This document shows positions 1 to 13,261 of a DNA stretch of 64,000 nt, one piece after another. The position numbers were made by a program, and so were the translations under genes. This DNA is from Marsupella aquatica (taxonomy: Eukaryota > Plantae > Marchantiophyta): contig OZ316897.1 in assembly GCA_973895155.1 (NCBI GenBank), positions 17,704,457 through 17,768,456 on the forward strand, written 5' to 3'. Position 1 is the first letter of the stretch, and each line of letters begins with the position of its first letter. The notes under the pieces are model-generated. The model was given only the letters and a program-made list of their open reading frames with translations. It had not been told where the DNA came from and ran no database searches.

Positions 1-2851
1 TGACAAGCCCTAATAGCCACCTGACTGACTGTAGAGACCAAAGATTTTGAAAATCTACACCAATTAGTGTTATTTTTGCTTCTGAACGAAGTTCACATAA
101 ATTAAATTAGTGTGACTAACACTAATTAACGTGACAGCGTATTAAAGAGACAAAAATTTAAAATGATTGGCATCATGGGAACTCTCACACTCTCTGAGAA
201 TCGGACAATCGGGACACATTGGGATACCCGTAATGTGGAGACTCTCCTGCCGCTTCGCCGTGCCAACATGAACATATTTTATTCGTGTAGTTTGAGCAGT
301 CCACTGGAGAGGAGTGAGATCGATTGTCCTACAGTGGTCTCGAGGTTCTTGCTTGGAAGGGAGATTTTAATGGCAAATACCTTTTGCCAGTACAGTCCTG
401 GAGTACTTATCCACCACTGCTGGACCATATGGCGACAGCCTGCATGATCGACCTACAAGAAGCGCATTGGCAGGCTCCTTTGCAATAGAGCACAATGAGC
501 TAATTAATCTACTTCGAGATGTCCGTCAGTGTATCCCCGAACACTCCAATTCTTTTGGAAGTTATAGGGCTGTAGCAATGCTGTTCGAATATAAATTATA
601 AAAATGTGGCTTCTCCCACATTTGACGGCTTGGACTGCACGTCTAACTTTGAACCGTTCCAGCACTTCAATATCCCTGATACTTGAGTGTGAAGATTGTT
701 CTTCTGGCCATAGATGACCTTCTTTACCGGGCATTACAGTCGTTTAACGTGCGGATAGGAGTGACAGTCGTTGGTTTCTCATTGTCCCGGCTCATTGTCA
801 GCTCCAGAGTGATGCTAATTAAAATGCTCACTCGTTCAATTCATCTGGTAGGCTTGCTAGCTAGGTAGCCTGGTGATCGGACGAAGAAGCTATTCCGCGT
901 AACGCAATTGAGCTCACAGTGCTCGGACAATCGATGCTGCAGTGCCGGTACGTACCAAGCTTTTAGATTTTTCAATATCTAAATCTTTCCCATTGCTAAG
1001 CAATTGATTGCCTGGTTGGTTTTTATAGTATGTAATTGAGGTCCATGTGAGCGACTGAGCTATTTATAAGAACTGTATATAGCTGAGGCTCTCGGCAGAT
1101 CATGCCCAACGAATCAAATTCAAGACGAGCTACCTATGCACGAAGGTTTTGACAAGTAAAATATGTTAGGCCTCCACGTACTGGTGATAAGTAAACTTTT
1201 GGCTGGAAGGTGGACATCGTTAGACTTGGAGATAATCGTCACGAGCTGTAAGCCAGGATGATGTGTATTGGGTGAGATAATTGATGTAGTCTTTGCCTAC
1301 CTTACAATTGGATGTCGATCTTGGTTTGATCTCAATTTTGATATGAATGTACTCAATCGAGTTTTGGGTCAGTTAGTACTATCAAAAACGAACTGTAACA
1401 AATCCTCTTGAACTGCGTTAGCAGCAGCAGTTCTCAGCGTCTTCCCGTACAGAAAGAGTCCAACTGAGAGTTCCTTCTCACGCGCTCGGACGATATATCC
1501 CGAGAAAGATCCAAAGAACGGTGTGATGCCTGAATTGAAGAATAGTCTAAGTTATTTCGAAGACAAAATTCGGTGAGCCGACGTTGTTTCCAAACCAGGC
1601 TTTGATGAGGGCATTGATGCGATATCCACATATCCATGCCTGACGGAATGGTGACTGGAACGCGTCAATCGACTCCACACAACTGGCGATTCGCATACTG
1701 AGGTCAGCTATCTGGGCATCAGCTGAGATACAAACCTCCAACAAGTTATCATTGATTCTTTAATCGTTGTTGATCCGCAGTCCAATCTGTGGAGCATTAT
1801 CTGTAACTGTCTCTTTTTCCCAAATCGGACGTGCCGTCTAGTGACTTTGTCTCATTTGTGAGAGCTTTGTACATCTCATCTTGCCTCACTTCCAAGCTAC
1901 AACCTCCACGTGTCTGGTTCTTGTTCTACAACCTCCAGCACTAGATAGCGATGCTTTTAATTTCTGGCTTTTGTGTGAGCTCATCGTGGTTTTGATACTT
2001 GTGCTGGCGGCCGGCTTCTGATTGCTACGAGCGGTGATGCCCATCCGAAATTGGATCGTCTACTGCCTTCAATTAAGTTATTGGCTGATCTCCGTACCGC
2101 TCCTCTCTCATGAACCATTAATTGCATAATTTGGGCAAATGCCTCCGTGACAAATATTCTGCTCAATCATCCCAGTTTGTTGTTCCAACTCTTCAGACGA
2201 AAAAACAAATGCTTGTTGGTGAAACGGGGATCCGATGACCACAATCGACCAGCGACCGTACGTGACAGAAGGGCAAGAATCGAATTCTCAAACATCATTG
2301 TTCGGGTCCGAACCTTTTTCCTCCGAATTTCACTCGAGAATCTAAGTTTTCAACGTGATGTCTTCTCCAATAATTCCAGTCTCAACAACAATTAACAACC
2401 GGGTCTGACGAGCTTACAGCCTTCATAGGTATTTTCACCATGGTACACTCCGGGGGGTCGTAGCGAACCCCTGGACGAGGAGGCCTGAAGGTAGAATATA
2501 TTCTCCAACTCCTGCACCCAACATTAGACGGTAACTTTTCATGCCACCGAATTATATATGGGTCCTGTTACTTTTGGGTTAGCACGGACTAGACGCATCT
2601 TCGACCTGACATTTTTCTTGTGCTGTTTTCTTTAGATGCAGAAGTTGCTCACTACACTCACACGAGGACGCGCGGGGTACTCAAGTGACGAATATATTCG
2701 TGTCAAACAATAGTTCTGGGCTCGGGTCATGTCGATTCCAGAGTTTGACCGATTCATTCTACAAACATGGTTTCGTGCACACTAATGGCCAGATCTCCGA
2801 ATCGTCAGTGAGCAACTTGGAATTAAGTTGACAAGAAGGATCGAGCAAAAC

Positions 2852-4126
2852 ATGGGCAACTCGGTGACAGTAATCAAAGTTCACGTCGGAGACGGTGTCT
2901 CATATTACAAAACGCCAGTACGCGTGATGGAGATTTTGAGAGAGCATCCGGAATACGTCGTGACGTCGATGAGCAAAGGCAAACGCATCATCCTGTCGTC
3001 CGAGGTGAACCTCCAACCTGGACGCACATACTACCTCGTCTCTCCCGACCATCTCTTCTCAGCCACAGCGGAATCTCAGATACCCTCTGTCCAGGCTCTG
3101 AGCTGCTGTTCCCGGGGATACGGCAAGCGCTATCGGGTTGTTGCAATCTATTCGTCCACGAAATCTCTTTTGGCGACGGCCATCTCAAAACGCAATTCCT
3201 TGGAAAACAAATCGTCTGTCGCGATATGCAATTTGGGAGATGCTGATCAACAACCTAGACGCAAGAGAACATTGATACTCAAGGATAATTGTACTGACGA
3301 TTCAAAGGTGATGACGTTCCTTCAAGCCCCAGATGCTCCTGCTCCTCGTGCGCTAACCCGTGCACCAAGTGTGATGAGCGAAAGGTCAAGGTCCCAAAAT
3401 GAGTTGAGAGATGTCTACAGTCCAACTCCAGACCCATCCGAATTCGGCAGTCCCCAGTTTTTGCCTTTGGGGCACGGGATAATCGCAAAAGTCGGTGAAC
3501 AGAGCTCGAGCAAGAGGCGTAGCAGTTTCATATCGAATACCGGAGCAGATTTGGAAAAGGTGAGTTCTTCTTGCATTCCATGGAAAAGCTCGAAGAGGCT
3601 GGAGCCCGAGCGCGGAGGAACCGTCTCGCAGACTATACTCTCAAAAGAAAAGTGGCTTGAGGACATGATTAGAGGCGCAGACAATCAGTGGAAAAGGAAT
3701 AAGCCGCAGGCTCAAGGTTATACGAGGGAAGGTGCCGAGTGTAACGAACTTATACTTTCTTGTGAGCGGAAAGTATGGGAACGGTGCTTGCCATCCGGTG
3801 GCACATTGCCGAAGTCCGATGAACTGTACCTCGATTACTCTCAATGTCTGACGACGCCAGGATCGTCGCCGGGAGGAATTTCTTTCGATATGGTAGCTGG
3901 TCATCATGATCAGCAGTTGATTCGCCACGAAGATTATCCAAAGGATCCGCAGGTAGCCAAGAGCGCAAGATTGCAGTTAGAGATTGTGGAGTGCGAGCAG
4001 AGCGTGGAATTGGATGATCGTCAACATCCGTTGTGGTTGAAGATGGATGAAATCGAGCGCCAATTTCTGAAGAGACTGGCTCCTTCAGCTTCTCCTCCTA
4101 CTGCACAAAGCTCATTGGAAAAGTGA
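2852..4126 (+). CDS. Intronless PADRE/DUF4228-like protein with long C-terminal extension (~424 aa)
   Basis: First ATG of the 2828-4126 ORF is at 2852 (MGNS, myristoylation-type start). IKVHVGDGVSYYKTPVRVMEILREHPEYVV...LQPGRTYYLV resembles the DUF4228/PADRE core. The rest is S/P/R-rich. Confidence 0.7.
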   Translation: MGNSVTVIKVHVGDGVSYYKTPVRVMEILREHPEYVVTSMSKGKRIILSSEVNLQPGRTYYLVSPDHLFSATAESQIPSVQALSCCSRGYGKRYRVVAIYSSTKSLLATAISKRNSLENKSSVAICNLGDADQQPRRKRTLILKDNCTDDSKVMTFLQAPDAPAPRALTRAPSVMSERSRSQNELRDVYSPTPDPSEFGSPQFLPLGHGIIAKVGEQSSSKRRSSFISNTGADLEKVSSSCIPWKSSKRLEPERGGTVSQTILSKEKWLEDMIRGADNQWKRNKPQAQGYTREGAECNELILSCERKVWERCLPSGGTLPKSDELYLDYSQCLTTPGSSPGGISFDMVAGHHDQQLIRHEDYPKDPQVAKSARLQLEIVECEQSVELDDRQHPLWLKMDEIERQFLKRLAPSASPPTAQSSLEK

Positions 4127-7100
4127 GCTCAAGAGGCCTCTAAACTTTGATCTATCAATTCTCTTGAGTAAAAAATAAGTTATGATCATCGAGCTCATAT
4201 GATTTGTACAGGTTGCATCTCAGGTGTACGTACGTCACCTATAATTTGGACAATTTCATCCTCTTTATAGCTCCGATTGATACTGTAATACGACAGTCAA
4301 GACCTCGAACAATTACTGTACACCCAATTTTCTAGTACTAACAACTCAGTACTAACAACTCAACTAAGCGAAGTTCTGTTACTCAGGTTTATATGGATAG
4401 AAGTAGTTTTGAGACTCTTGCCCTGCACAATTGAGGTCTTTGACGTTTCCAAGTTTCCATCTGACTTACTGTTGTCCTTGGAAATCAATCAGGTTTCCTG
4501 GGAACGGTGCCGCGGCCGGACCGCGTTCTCTCAAGTTCAGTCACGTAGACCGAGGATGACGATCAAACGCATGAAAATTAAAGGCCCGTAGGCATCACTG
4601 ATACCAGCTCGATCCAGGTCTACTTGTCCTTTGAGAATCCAGATGCGGCCGGTCTCTCTGATCCAGTTTCCTTCCATCAGTCTCTGCAGCTGTAATGATT
4701 TCGAATTCGAATTCTAGGCCGAAACCACGTACTCCCACGTATTCTATACAGCTTGTGCATTGTGGTTTGGAATATTTACCGGTAAGTCGCTTGACATCGA
4801 CTGTGCAAGGCCATGGTCATCCTAATAAGTTGACCATTTTTGAAATGCGACACCTGAACGGTACATTGCCAGTAAATTAGTCTAGGGTTTCTTAGAACGT
4901 ACGAACATTGCTGTTGCAATCTTTTAATCTATTGGTTTGAGGAGATTTTGTATGAAAGCAATATTATCGATCAAGGCCCACGCTTAATGCACCCATTGGT
5001 TTATTGAAAACTGATAACAACTTTATGAAAAGCTAGCAGACTGGTATATATGATTGAAACTTGATATCCGAAGACCTAATGGCGTTTTCGGTTTTTGCTT
5101 TCTATGACCTTAGTTACCAAGAAAGTTTAGGCTTCAATCAACCTAAGGCTATCGCCAAGCGACCCTAGCCACAGTCGCTTCTTGCATTTTACTTCTAACA
5201 TAACCATTCGTACATACAATTTCATTGGCGATGACATTAAGCAAGCATCATCAGGAAGTCAGTAGCTGGTAGCTCAGTCATTTCAAGTCCCAATCCTGGA
5301 CAATAACCAAAAGAGTTCCGGTGGTGGATCATAGGAGACTCTGGCCGGAATCGATCATGCATGTTCCCATCCTGATAGCAATCCTTAATTGATAAGATCG
5401 ACAATCACGACAATTTCGTGAAAAGTTTACGATATCATATGTTTCATGTTGATTAATGATTGGTGTCACTATCCAAAATTGTATTATGAAAGAAACTTCT
5501 ACAGCTGGTACACGGGTACGCGTGTTCTGATTGGCTTTTATCTCCCTGTAGTTACCAGAACATTGCGCTACGTACTGATAAATTCATTTCATCAAGGAAG
5601 TGAAAGTACGAAAGCAAGGATTGGACGTACTGCAGCCCCAGATGATCTCGGACAGTCCCCAATTTAAGACGAGAGAGCTCCTTAATTCGGTACCTAAGCA
5701 AATGCCGGGGATCGAGTTTATCGCCGTTGCTATCAATTTCCATGCAGCATTGATTGGTGATGTGATGGGAGTGGGCCAAGCTTCGGGTATAATTAGCCTA
5801 CAATTATGTTTAAGGGCTCAACACTTGGATAACAGTTAGGCTATTTTTGGCAACCAGATATAATGGACTATGCAGCCCCACCGGTGTGAGTGCTCCGAGG
5901 CAAGGTAAGGAGCACTCAGCAGGATTTGTGAAAAACTTAAGAATGAAAGGGACTCTCATCTATGAGCAGAAAACACCTGAAACTGAAACTTGAGGATGCA
6001 AAACGTGACAACTATCTGCTCTGAGTTTGCTACGGTAGCAGTTGGTAGTAGTTTGGACGACAACATGGATGCTTGAAAGAGATCGTGGATAATGATTGTT
6101 GGTTGCTAAGTGAAGTAGAGTGGCCTTCCTGAGTGAACTGGCAGGGCCATGAAAGCCATATGAATTCCTTGTCCAGAAGGCTGCATTAATAAAGTCTTCA
6201 GCTCTCATCGATGGGGTAGCTTCAAAACATCATTCATAGCAAAAGCCACATATTTTGGTTCTCCAGGGAGGGAGGGAGGGTGACAGTGTGTCCATTCGCA
6301 ATGACCCACATCATTGCCGGCCCAAAGCAGGACGGCAAGATCGATAATGGCTGGATGATTTCGCAATCCACTCTGGACTACTCTGCACTGACCATGTGTC
6401 CATCAGTTTAGAGTAGGACGGAATTTCCTTTCCAAGCTGCTGTAAGTTGTTCCCCTACCTCCCCGGCGCGGACCTTCACAAAATTATTGCCGAAAGCAAG
6501 AGCAAGCCTGTACTTTACTCATAGCACATGGGTGAATTTAGTTAGTCAGGTGAGGCTTTAGACTTGGTAAACACCCGCATCAGCACTCGAGATGGTTCAA
6601 TTCGGACGCTCACGGGTGAAACCATTGTATTAACAGTAGTATATTCACTTCATTCATGGGGAATTATACTACCACATCGATTAGCATGCGTGGTGGTTAT
6701 GTTCTTAGTCCATCAACGCAATATGATCTGCTCTGCAACGTCTGAAGAACGGCGAGCGCACAGGATGCTCATTCATCCGCAGGGACTATACCGTCGCAAT
6801 AGAGAGTGTTATTCGGTCCGAAGCTTCCTATCTGTCCATCTCCAAATTAAGTATTCAGCTTGCTGCCGCTGTTTGCTTTTGAATTGATTAATGTGCATGT
6901 CCGTTAAAGCGAGGACTTCATGTTCTGGGCATAACGTTTGGAAGAGCTTCGTGAACGCGAAGTCCCCTCAGGATGCGAACAAGGGATCCGGACAATATCC
7001 TCTAACTTGCAGTGGATTTAGAACCTTTATATAAGTAAGCGCTTGGTTCATTGCTGCGTTCTTGTTCTAACAAGCCCCTGAACTGCCGCTGCAACCCTTT

Positions 7101-8064
7101 TAGACTTGGGCTTGTTAGTGCAATTTTTTTTACCTAACCGGAGTATCATTCAAGCTCGGCCGCGCGCTAGAAGAGTCGTCGATCGTAAGAGCTGCAATGG
7201 CCTCCGATACGAGTTCGCATCCTGAGAGTCGAGTTCATATCCACATGCATGATCAGACTACAATTTGACTCGGATCAAGGACACGGGCACAGATCGAGTC
7301 ACTGTCCGGTACAATGGAGTCGAGGTCTTTATGTGACCAGACCTGCTCGTCCATAACAACTTTCAGTTTAGAGTAGTTAGGTCTCAAGCTCGCGGATCTT
7401 TGGCAGCTGGAGTGAAGCGATCCAGGTTGAATTGATAGCTGGTTTCGCAGTCCTCATTTATGCTAGCAGATTCTAGATCGACCCAGCCAGCGATTGAAGG
7501 TATCACAGATCGATCGATTAAGATCAACTCCACCTGTTGCTTCTGTACAGCATGGATTTATCCCAGCTACTACATTTTGAAGCCTGCACTATCGTCGTTG
7601 AGTACAAAGGTTTAGACCGGTTTTTGATTGAGTGGGAGCTAGGATCGATGGCTTTCTGGCCTGCATCAGATCTATCTTATTGACTAGCTTGGAGATTGCA
7701 AACCTTGAATATACGGATATCCACCGTCGGAGAGAAATCATCCAATTGGGCATCCAATGTCACCAAAACGTACCAGCTTGAATACTAAGGGCATTTTCTT
7801 GGAGCCAAATGCAATGGCCACTGCACTAGAGAGAATCGTGGCGTGGATCTTGAGTTTCATCGTTTCTCTCGGTATATTGGAAAGCCTGGGCATATCCAAC
7901 ACCTCTTTGTATCGGAAGTATCGATCTCGGCTGTACTCCTTCCTCTTCGGTGAGTTGATAAATTATCTTCTCGGCTAGAATTTGTCTGTGAAAGTTGTTC
8001 AATTAATACACCCGGTAATCATCGTTTCTTTGCATGTTCAACAATTCGAATTGACTGGTCTGAT

Positions 8065-8085
8065 CCCTAAACCCTAAATCCTAAA
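8065..8085. repeat. Three plant telomere-type repeats / telo-box (CCCTAAA CCCTAAA TCCTAAA)
   Basis: Read directly; ends 11 nt before the ATG at 8097. Confidence 0.7.
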
Positions 8086-8096
8086 GTCTTGCTTCG

Positions 8097-9206
8097 ATGA
8101 TCGAACATCTCACATGCTTGTGGCCAGACGTGAACACGAATACTGGTAAAGTTCCTTGGGGTATATATTTGCTTGGAGAGCTTGCGAAGAAGCTCAACTC
8201 CTGGACGAGACGCAGCGATGGAACATTCAACAGAAAACTTGCTGATCTCCTCGAGATTAAGGTCCCTGCTTCCGCGAAGCCGAAAAACGGAGTTTCCAGT
8301 AAGGATGTGGTGATCGACGCAGAGACGAACGTGTGGGTGCGAATCTACGTGCCTAGTCAGGACTCGTCGGTGATGAGCCAGGATTCTTTATGTGACAATG
8401 ATCTTCACACGTTGTCAAAATAATCGGCGTCCAGTACTTCTCTACTATCATGGCGGAGGCTTCGGCGTCCTTTGTGCCAACCACATCAACTACGACAGCT
8501 TGTGCAGGATGATGGCTAGGACCTGCAATGTGGTGGTTGTTTCTGTCAATTATCGGAGGGCGCCGGAGCATCGGTATCCTACAGCGTACCAAGACTCGCT
8601 TCAAGCGCTAGAGTGGCTCCAGTCGGCTAAATCGCATGCGCACCTACCTCCAAAGGCAGACGTATCGCAGTGCTTCCTGGTGGGAGACAGCGCCGGTGCC
8701 AACATCGCCCATTTCATGGCTGCCGCGCTGCAGAAAGGGAGAAGCAATTGCTCCCACTGCGAATCCGTGGGACAATTCTGATGCAACCCTTCTTCGGATC
8801 CGAGCAGCGCAAACCATCTGAAATCACTCTCACGAACGTCCCCATCATTTCTACGGATGCTACAGACTGGCATTGGAAAGCGTTTCTCCCCGAAGGAGCG
8901 GACAGAGATCATCCCGCTTGCAACGTCTTCGGTCCCAACGCTCGTGACATATCACAGCTCCCCCTCCCTCCCACCTTCCTAGTCACGGGCACGATGGACT
9001 TCCTGATAGACCACCAAACCAGTTATGCGTCTCGCATGAGGGAGATGGGCAAGTCCATTGAGGTAAAGCACTACGAAGGTGGATTTCATGGATTTTATTT
9101 CTATGCGCCGGTTGGAAAAACATCGCTGGCCTACTTCGCCGATCTCAGAAAGTTCATTCACTCCTATTCGGATGACAATGTACATGATCCAGAAGGCAAG
9201 TCTTAA
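8097..9206 (+). pseudogene. GID1-like carboxylesterase (CXE/HSL alpha/beta hydrolase) with two compensating frameshifts; pseudogene or assembly error
   Basis: Three overlapping ORFs carry RRSDGTFNRKLADLLEIKVPA, YYHGGGF, VNYRRAPEHRYP, GDSAG, QPFFG, W-KAFLPEGADRDHP, GTMDFL and GGFHGF. One extra A at 8417-8420 and one missing C at ~8723 would restore a single 369-aa frame. Confidence 0.85.
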
Positions 9207-11559
9207 GATGACTGTGTACATTGACAATGTGAATGATGCAGACAGCAGTTAAGATGTTCAGAAGTCTGCGGAATACAGTTACGTAACTCAAACGATCTAT
9301 TCGATCAGAAGTTAAGAAGAAGAATCTTGAGCTCTGATCTGGTTGTCCATGCCAGCTGTGGCGATTCGTCAAGTTTAATTTCTTGAATTGGATGATTAAT
9401 GCATTTTTGAAGATCTAGCTCTGCTCTTAGAAGAAATCAATCGCTTGCTTCGTGACCGATTGTCAACCACTAGTGTTGATAGTTTGTCGTGTGACTCTGT
9501 AACAATACAGTTTCTGAAGATCCAGTGTGATTGTTGTCCAATCTACTCAAACAATCAAAATCCCCACATTGTGATTTTTCACGATCCATCAAACGACAGC
9601 TTTCAAGAGGAATGGATCAGAATTGGTGAAGAAACAAATGGCAACTTTCAATTGTCAAGGTCGACCCACTTCTTCAGGAGGCCGTGGATTTTCTAAGGAT
9701 CCATTGAACTTTCAATTGTCATACCCTTTCAATTGTCATACCCCATCTCAATGTGTACCAATTGTCGTCCACAACTTTTTTTAAATTATCATTCACTCGT
9801 GTTTGAATCAAGGGGTCCATATTCATCCCTTCTGTTTGGGCAATGAAGCTTTACATAATATCTACCCAGCAGTCTGGCACTCGAGCTAGATCAAATTAAT
9901 GGCAAGAACATCAGCTATGTTAATTTGCAATCTGGTCTGTCTAAGGAAATTTGAGCTGCAATAAAAACCGCGAAGAGAATGCTCACCAGTGGCTGTGCAT
10001 GAAAGAGGTAAAAACAAATGGGAGAAAAATAATAATACTACGACAAGAGAGTAAAATGTTATTCAGGTATTAAAGTGTATTAACCCTAACGTGTCAAGAT
10101 TGCCTCATGGGTAATAATAGCCTGGCAAAACTTGTGCTCAAGTTTGGGCCATCACATTTCACAATGGCCCTCCAAATATCACTTCACCTAATGCCCTTCT
10201 TTGCAATGTTTAGGACACTCTGGGAGAAAAATGCACACTCAAGATTTGGATAAGCTCAAAGATTTATTTGATGGGTCCTTTTGAGTATCTTAGTTTCCAA
10301 ATGAAGCATGTCTTGTCAAGGTTAAGGAGGTTTACCCATATGCTTAATGCAAGAGAATATATATTTTTAATCTTTGCAATTTGTTAAAGTTGAGTTCTCC
10401 ATGCAACAAAGGAACTTTCTTAATCTTTGTAGATTCCTAAAGTTGTGCTATCCATCTTATAAAACTTGGATTGGTACTCTAAAGTATAAGATGGCTTTTG
10501 CTAATAAAGTGACTTTATTCTGACTTTTTTTTGGTCATTTAATGTAGGTTCTCACTCATTACCATTTCATTCCTTAATTATTCACTTTTTATATAAGTCA
10601 TTTTATTTGTTTATTCTTCACTCTCTCAAAATCATATTCCTTACTTTTCAACTGAGAAAGTTGATTTTTTTAAGCTTTCACTCTAAGTCAAAGATATTTA
10701 CGGACCCCATTAGAGGTCCTTTCCAAAATTCTTGGCTCCACAGCACGCCACATCATCATGGCACGCCACAAACAGGAAGGGACTTGTTTTTGGATAAAAT
10801 TCACTTCTACATTCGTGTTTGTGGCAACTTTGCTGTAAAAACTAGGATGCCATGCCGTAAAAAAGAATGTAAAAAAATTGACATGCAAATCAAAAGATAA
10901 AAAGATTGAGGTAAAATTGCTCCCAGGAACGGTTTTATTTCCATTTTGATTTTATTCAAAACAAAAAAAAAAATTTGACAACAATTTTTGATTTGACATT
11001 GTTGAGTCAAATCATAATGAAAACTCAGGTATAATATGGCGTTGGAAAGATCTTGAAGAGACGATCGTGATGAGCTCAGCATTGTCACCATTCAATAAGA
11101 ATTGAGTGAATATTTGAAAAATAGATTTCACCCATGATTTTGTAATCTCTAATGTGAATAGAAATTTTTATTGTACAGCCCATGAAATGTTGACCCCTTC
11201 CATGAGAATGAACCTAAAATTGATAGATTTTATCGAGTACTAAGGAGATTATGAATTGTAGAATTTCTTTGGTTGTTTAATGAACTTAACATTGATAGAT
11301 TTAGTTAAGTTCTAAAGAGATTATAAATTTCCAATCTTCCCTAGTTTTCCAATGAGTGTGACATTGGGAGATTTCATCAAGTACAAAAGTGGTCATGAAT
11401 TTCTAAATTTCTCTAGCTTTTGATCCATTCTGAATTCCACAATGTGAACTTTGTTTCCATGAAACTTTTTGTCTTAAACAATTATGCAAGGTTAGTGATT
11501 TGATGACACCGATGACTTTGCTCTTTTTGTCTATCTGCATGTAGGAATTGAAAAGTGAT

Positions 11560-12402
11560 TACTTTTGAACCTGAATGCATCTAGCATCCCTTCAATAACG
11601 TGGAGGAAACCGTCAAACACCGTTTTGCTGAAGTGGGCAATTAAGCTACCCACACATTAATTAAACATTAGTTCACATTGCAGCTTGTTTTGTGATTGAT
11701 GTTAATTATGGTTGTCTTGGTAAGTTTGGCAATTGTTTCAAGTGTCAAACATTGACTTGTCCATTTTTGAAATTTTTGTCTTTAGATTTGGAGGTTCATC
11801 TAGGGTTAAGTTTCTAGATAACTGCTTCTAAAATAACATGGGGGTCCACGGATTAATTTTGGAAAAAAATATCAACGGACTTAGAGTGATAGCTTGAAAA
11901 AAGTATCTTTCAAAATATCTTTCAAAACTTAATATGATTCACTTTTCCTCCTCTTTATAGTGTTTTTGGTATTTGGGATCCTATCTCCTAGTTGAGCGTT
12001 TTTGTAAGTTTGGCTTTTTTGTTTTGTGGCACTCTGATATATGCTACACTTCCTGGCCAAGGATTGGCGAGTGTCTTTCTCTGCACTGGCCCCCTTCTCA
12101 ATGTACGCTCATGTGCTATGCAATGCAAGTACAATGTATTACCATAAACTTTGTTCAGTTTTAAAAGATTGCCAAAAAGTGAAAGAGGAGAAAGAAAAGG
12201 GAATGACCCCAAAGGATTCGTCCTCCACGTTTTGCCTTTTGCCCTGGCTTGTTATCCCTTTTGCCGTGGCTTATTTTCCTTTTGATTTTGTTTCTCAGAT
12301 TTTCCCTTCCAATTTTGTTTCCCTTGTTTTTTAAAACTAAAAATACCAAACACCAAATTTGTAAGACGAGACCACTCTCAAGAGTGACGGGACCTCTTGT
12401 TA
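11560..12402 (+). mobile_element. Possible highly decayed Helitron (Pif1-helicase relic plus 3' hairpin)
   Basis: Broken frames give ASSIPS..GG.TV.HRF, VID..IMV and FGGSSRVKFLD in Pif1 motif order. Hairpin CACTCTCAAGAGTG followed by ACGGGACCTCTTGT at ~12373-12400 resembles a hairpin+CTAG terminus. Confidence 0.3.
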
Positions 12403-12804
12403 TAGTTTTTGATTGATTGATTATTCATATCTGCTGTCCCCACTGTCTACAGTAGACCTTTGACGACACCTGTGCTTAACATTAGTGAAGAAGTAACCAC
12501 TTTCCATAATTTTAATATGGGTGTCTCCACTAGACCATTGACGGTTTCAATCAACTCCCTCATAAAATACAAAAAGTAAATCATCCTGAATACTGGATGG
12601 AGAAAAAATTGTCGATGGCATAGGAAATTGCTCGTCATGTTCAGGCAATCATCGGCAACAGATAAGGGCGGCCAGCCAACTCATACAAGTCGGAAATGCT
12701 TCGGCTTGTCAGCAAGGACAGTACTTCATTCAATCTCGCTTGATTCATCATCCGCCCGAAGAAGTCAACCGGTTCGATTGAATTGCCACTTTTCTGACTG
12801 ATGT

Positions 12805-12807
<3 letters not shown>

Positions 12808-12837
<30 letters not shown>
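12808..12837. repeat. (CT)n microsatellite upstream of the LOR gene
   Basis: About 15 CT units read directly. Confidence 0.9.
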
Positions 12838-12840
<3 letters not shown>

Positions 12841-13261
12841 TTTTCTTTTTCTGTTTTGGGTTAAACTGAATTTCATCCTTTAATTGATTGTGTAATCCAC
12901 GAATTCTTGCTCGCTCGATGCTCTCCGAAGCACTATCTTCGTTTCTGTGAGGCTGTCTCTCTCCACAGAAGTTTGCAGAACGCTGTCGACACTTCGCCTC
13001 ATTGAGCTTGAGGGATGTAAAGCACTTTGGCTTCCTAGCTACTCGAGTTCTCAGTTCTTGGTTCTGTTGTGGGTTGATCTGGGTTTTATTCGGTGGTTCA
13101 GTGCGGAGTCCAGGAGAAGTGGGCTTCAATTCTAACTCAGTCTCTTGATTCTGTCACAGGCACCATTTCTTTTCTGTTTGGCTGTAGACCGCACTCCGCA
13201 CTTGGCCTAATTATTGAAGGTTCAGGGATTCAATTCGGTCAGATAGCCTTTGCCACAAGCG

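Noticed and set aside
2405-2425. Hammerhead-like CTGACGA followed by a GCT-TAC-AGC stem
   Set aside because: The required GAAA after stem II is absent (CTTC) and no stem I/III with a cleavage triplet is present.
4300-8000. Possible hidden gene or snoRNA in the long spacer
   Set aside because: Only short ORFs, isolated splice-like motifs and an incomplete C/D-like pair near 6355-6392; nothing supportable.
8097-9206. Calling the hydrolase a true GID1 gibberellin receptor, or explaining the frame changes by introns
   Set aside because: The catalytic His is retained (GFHGF), and the protein is collinear across both shifts with no room for introns.
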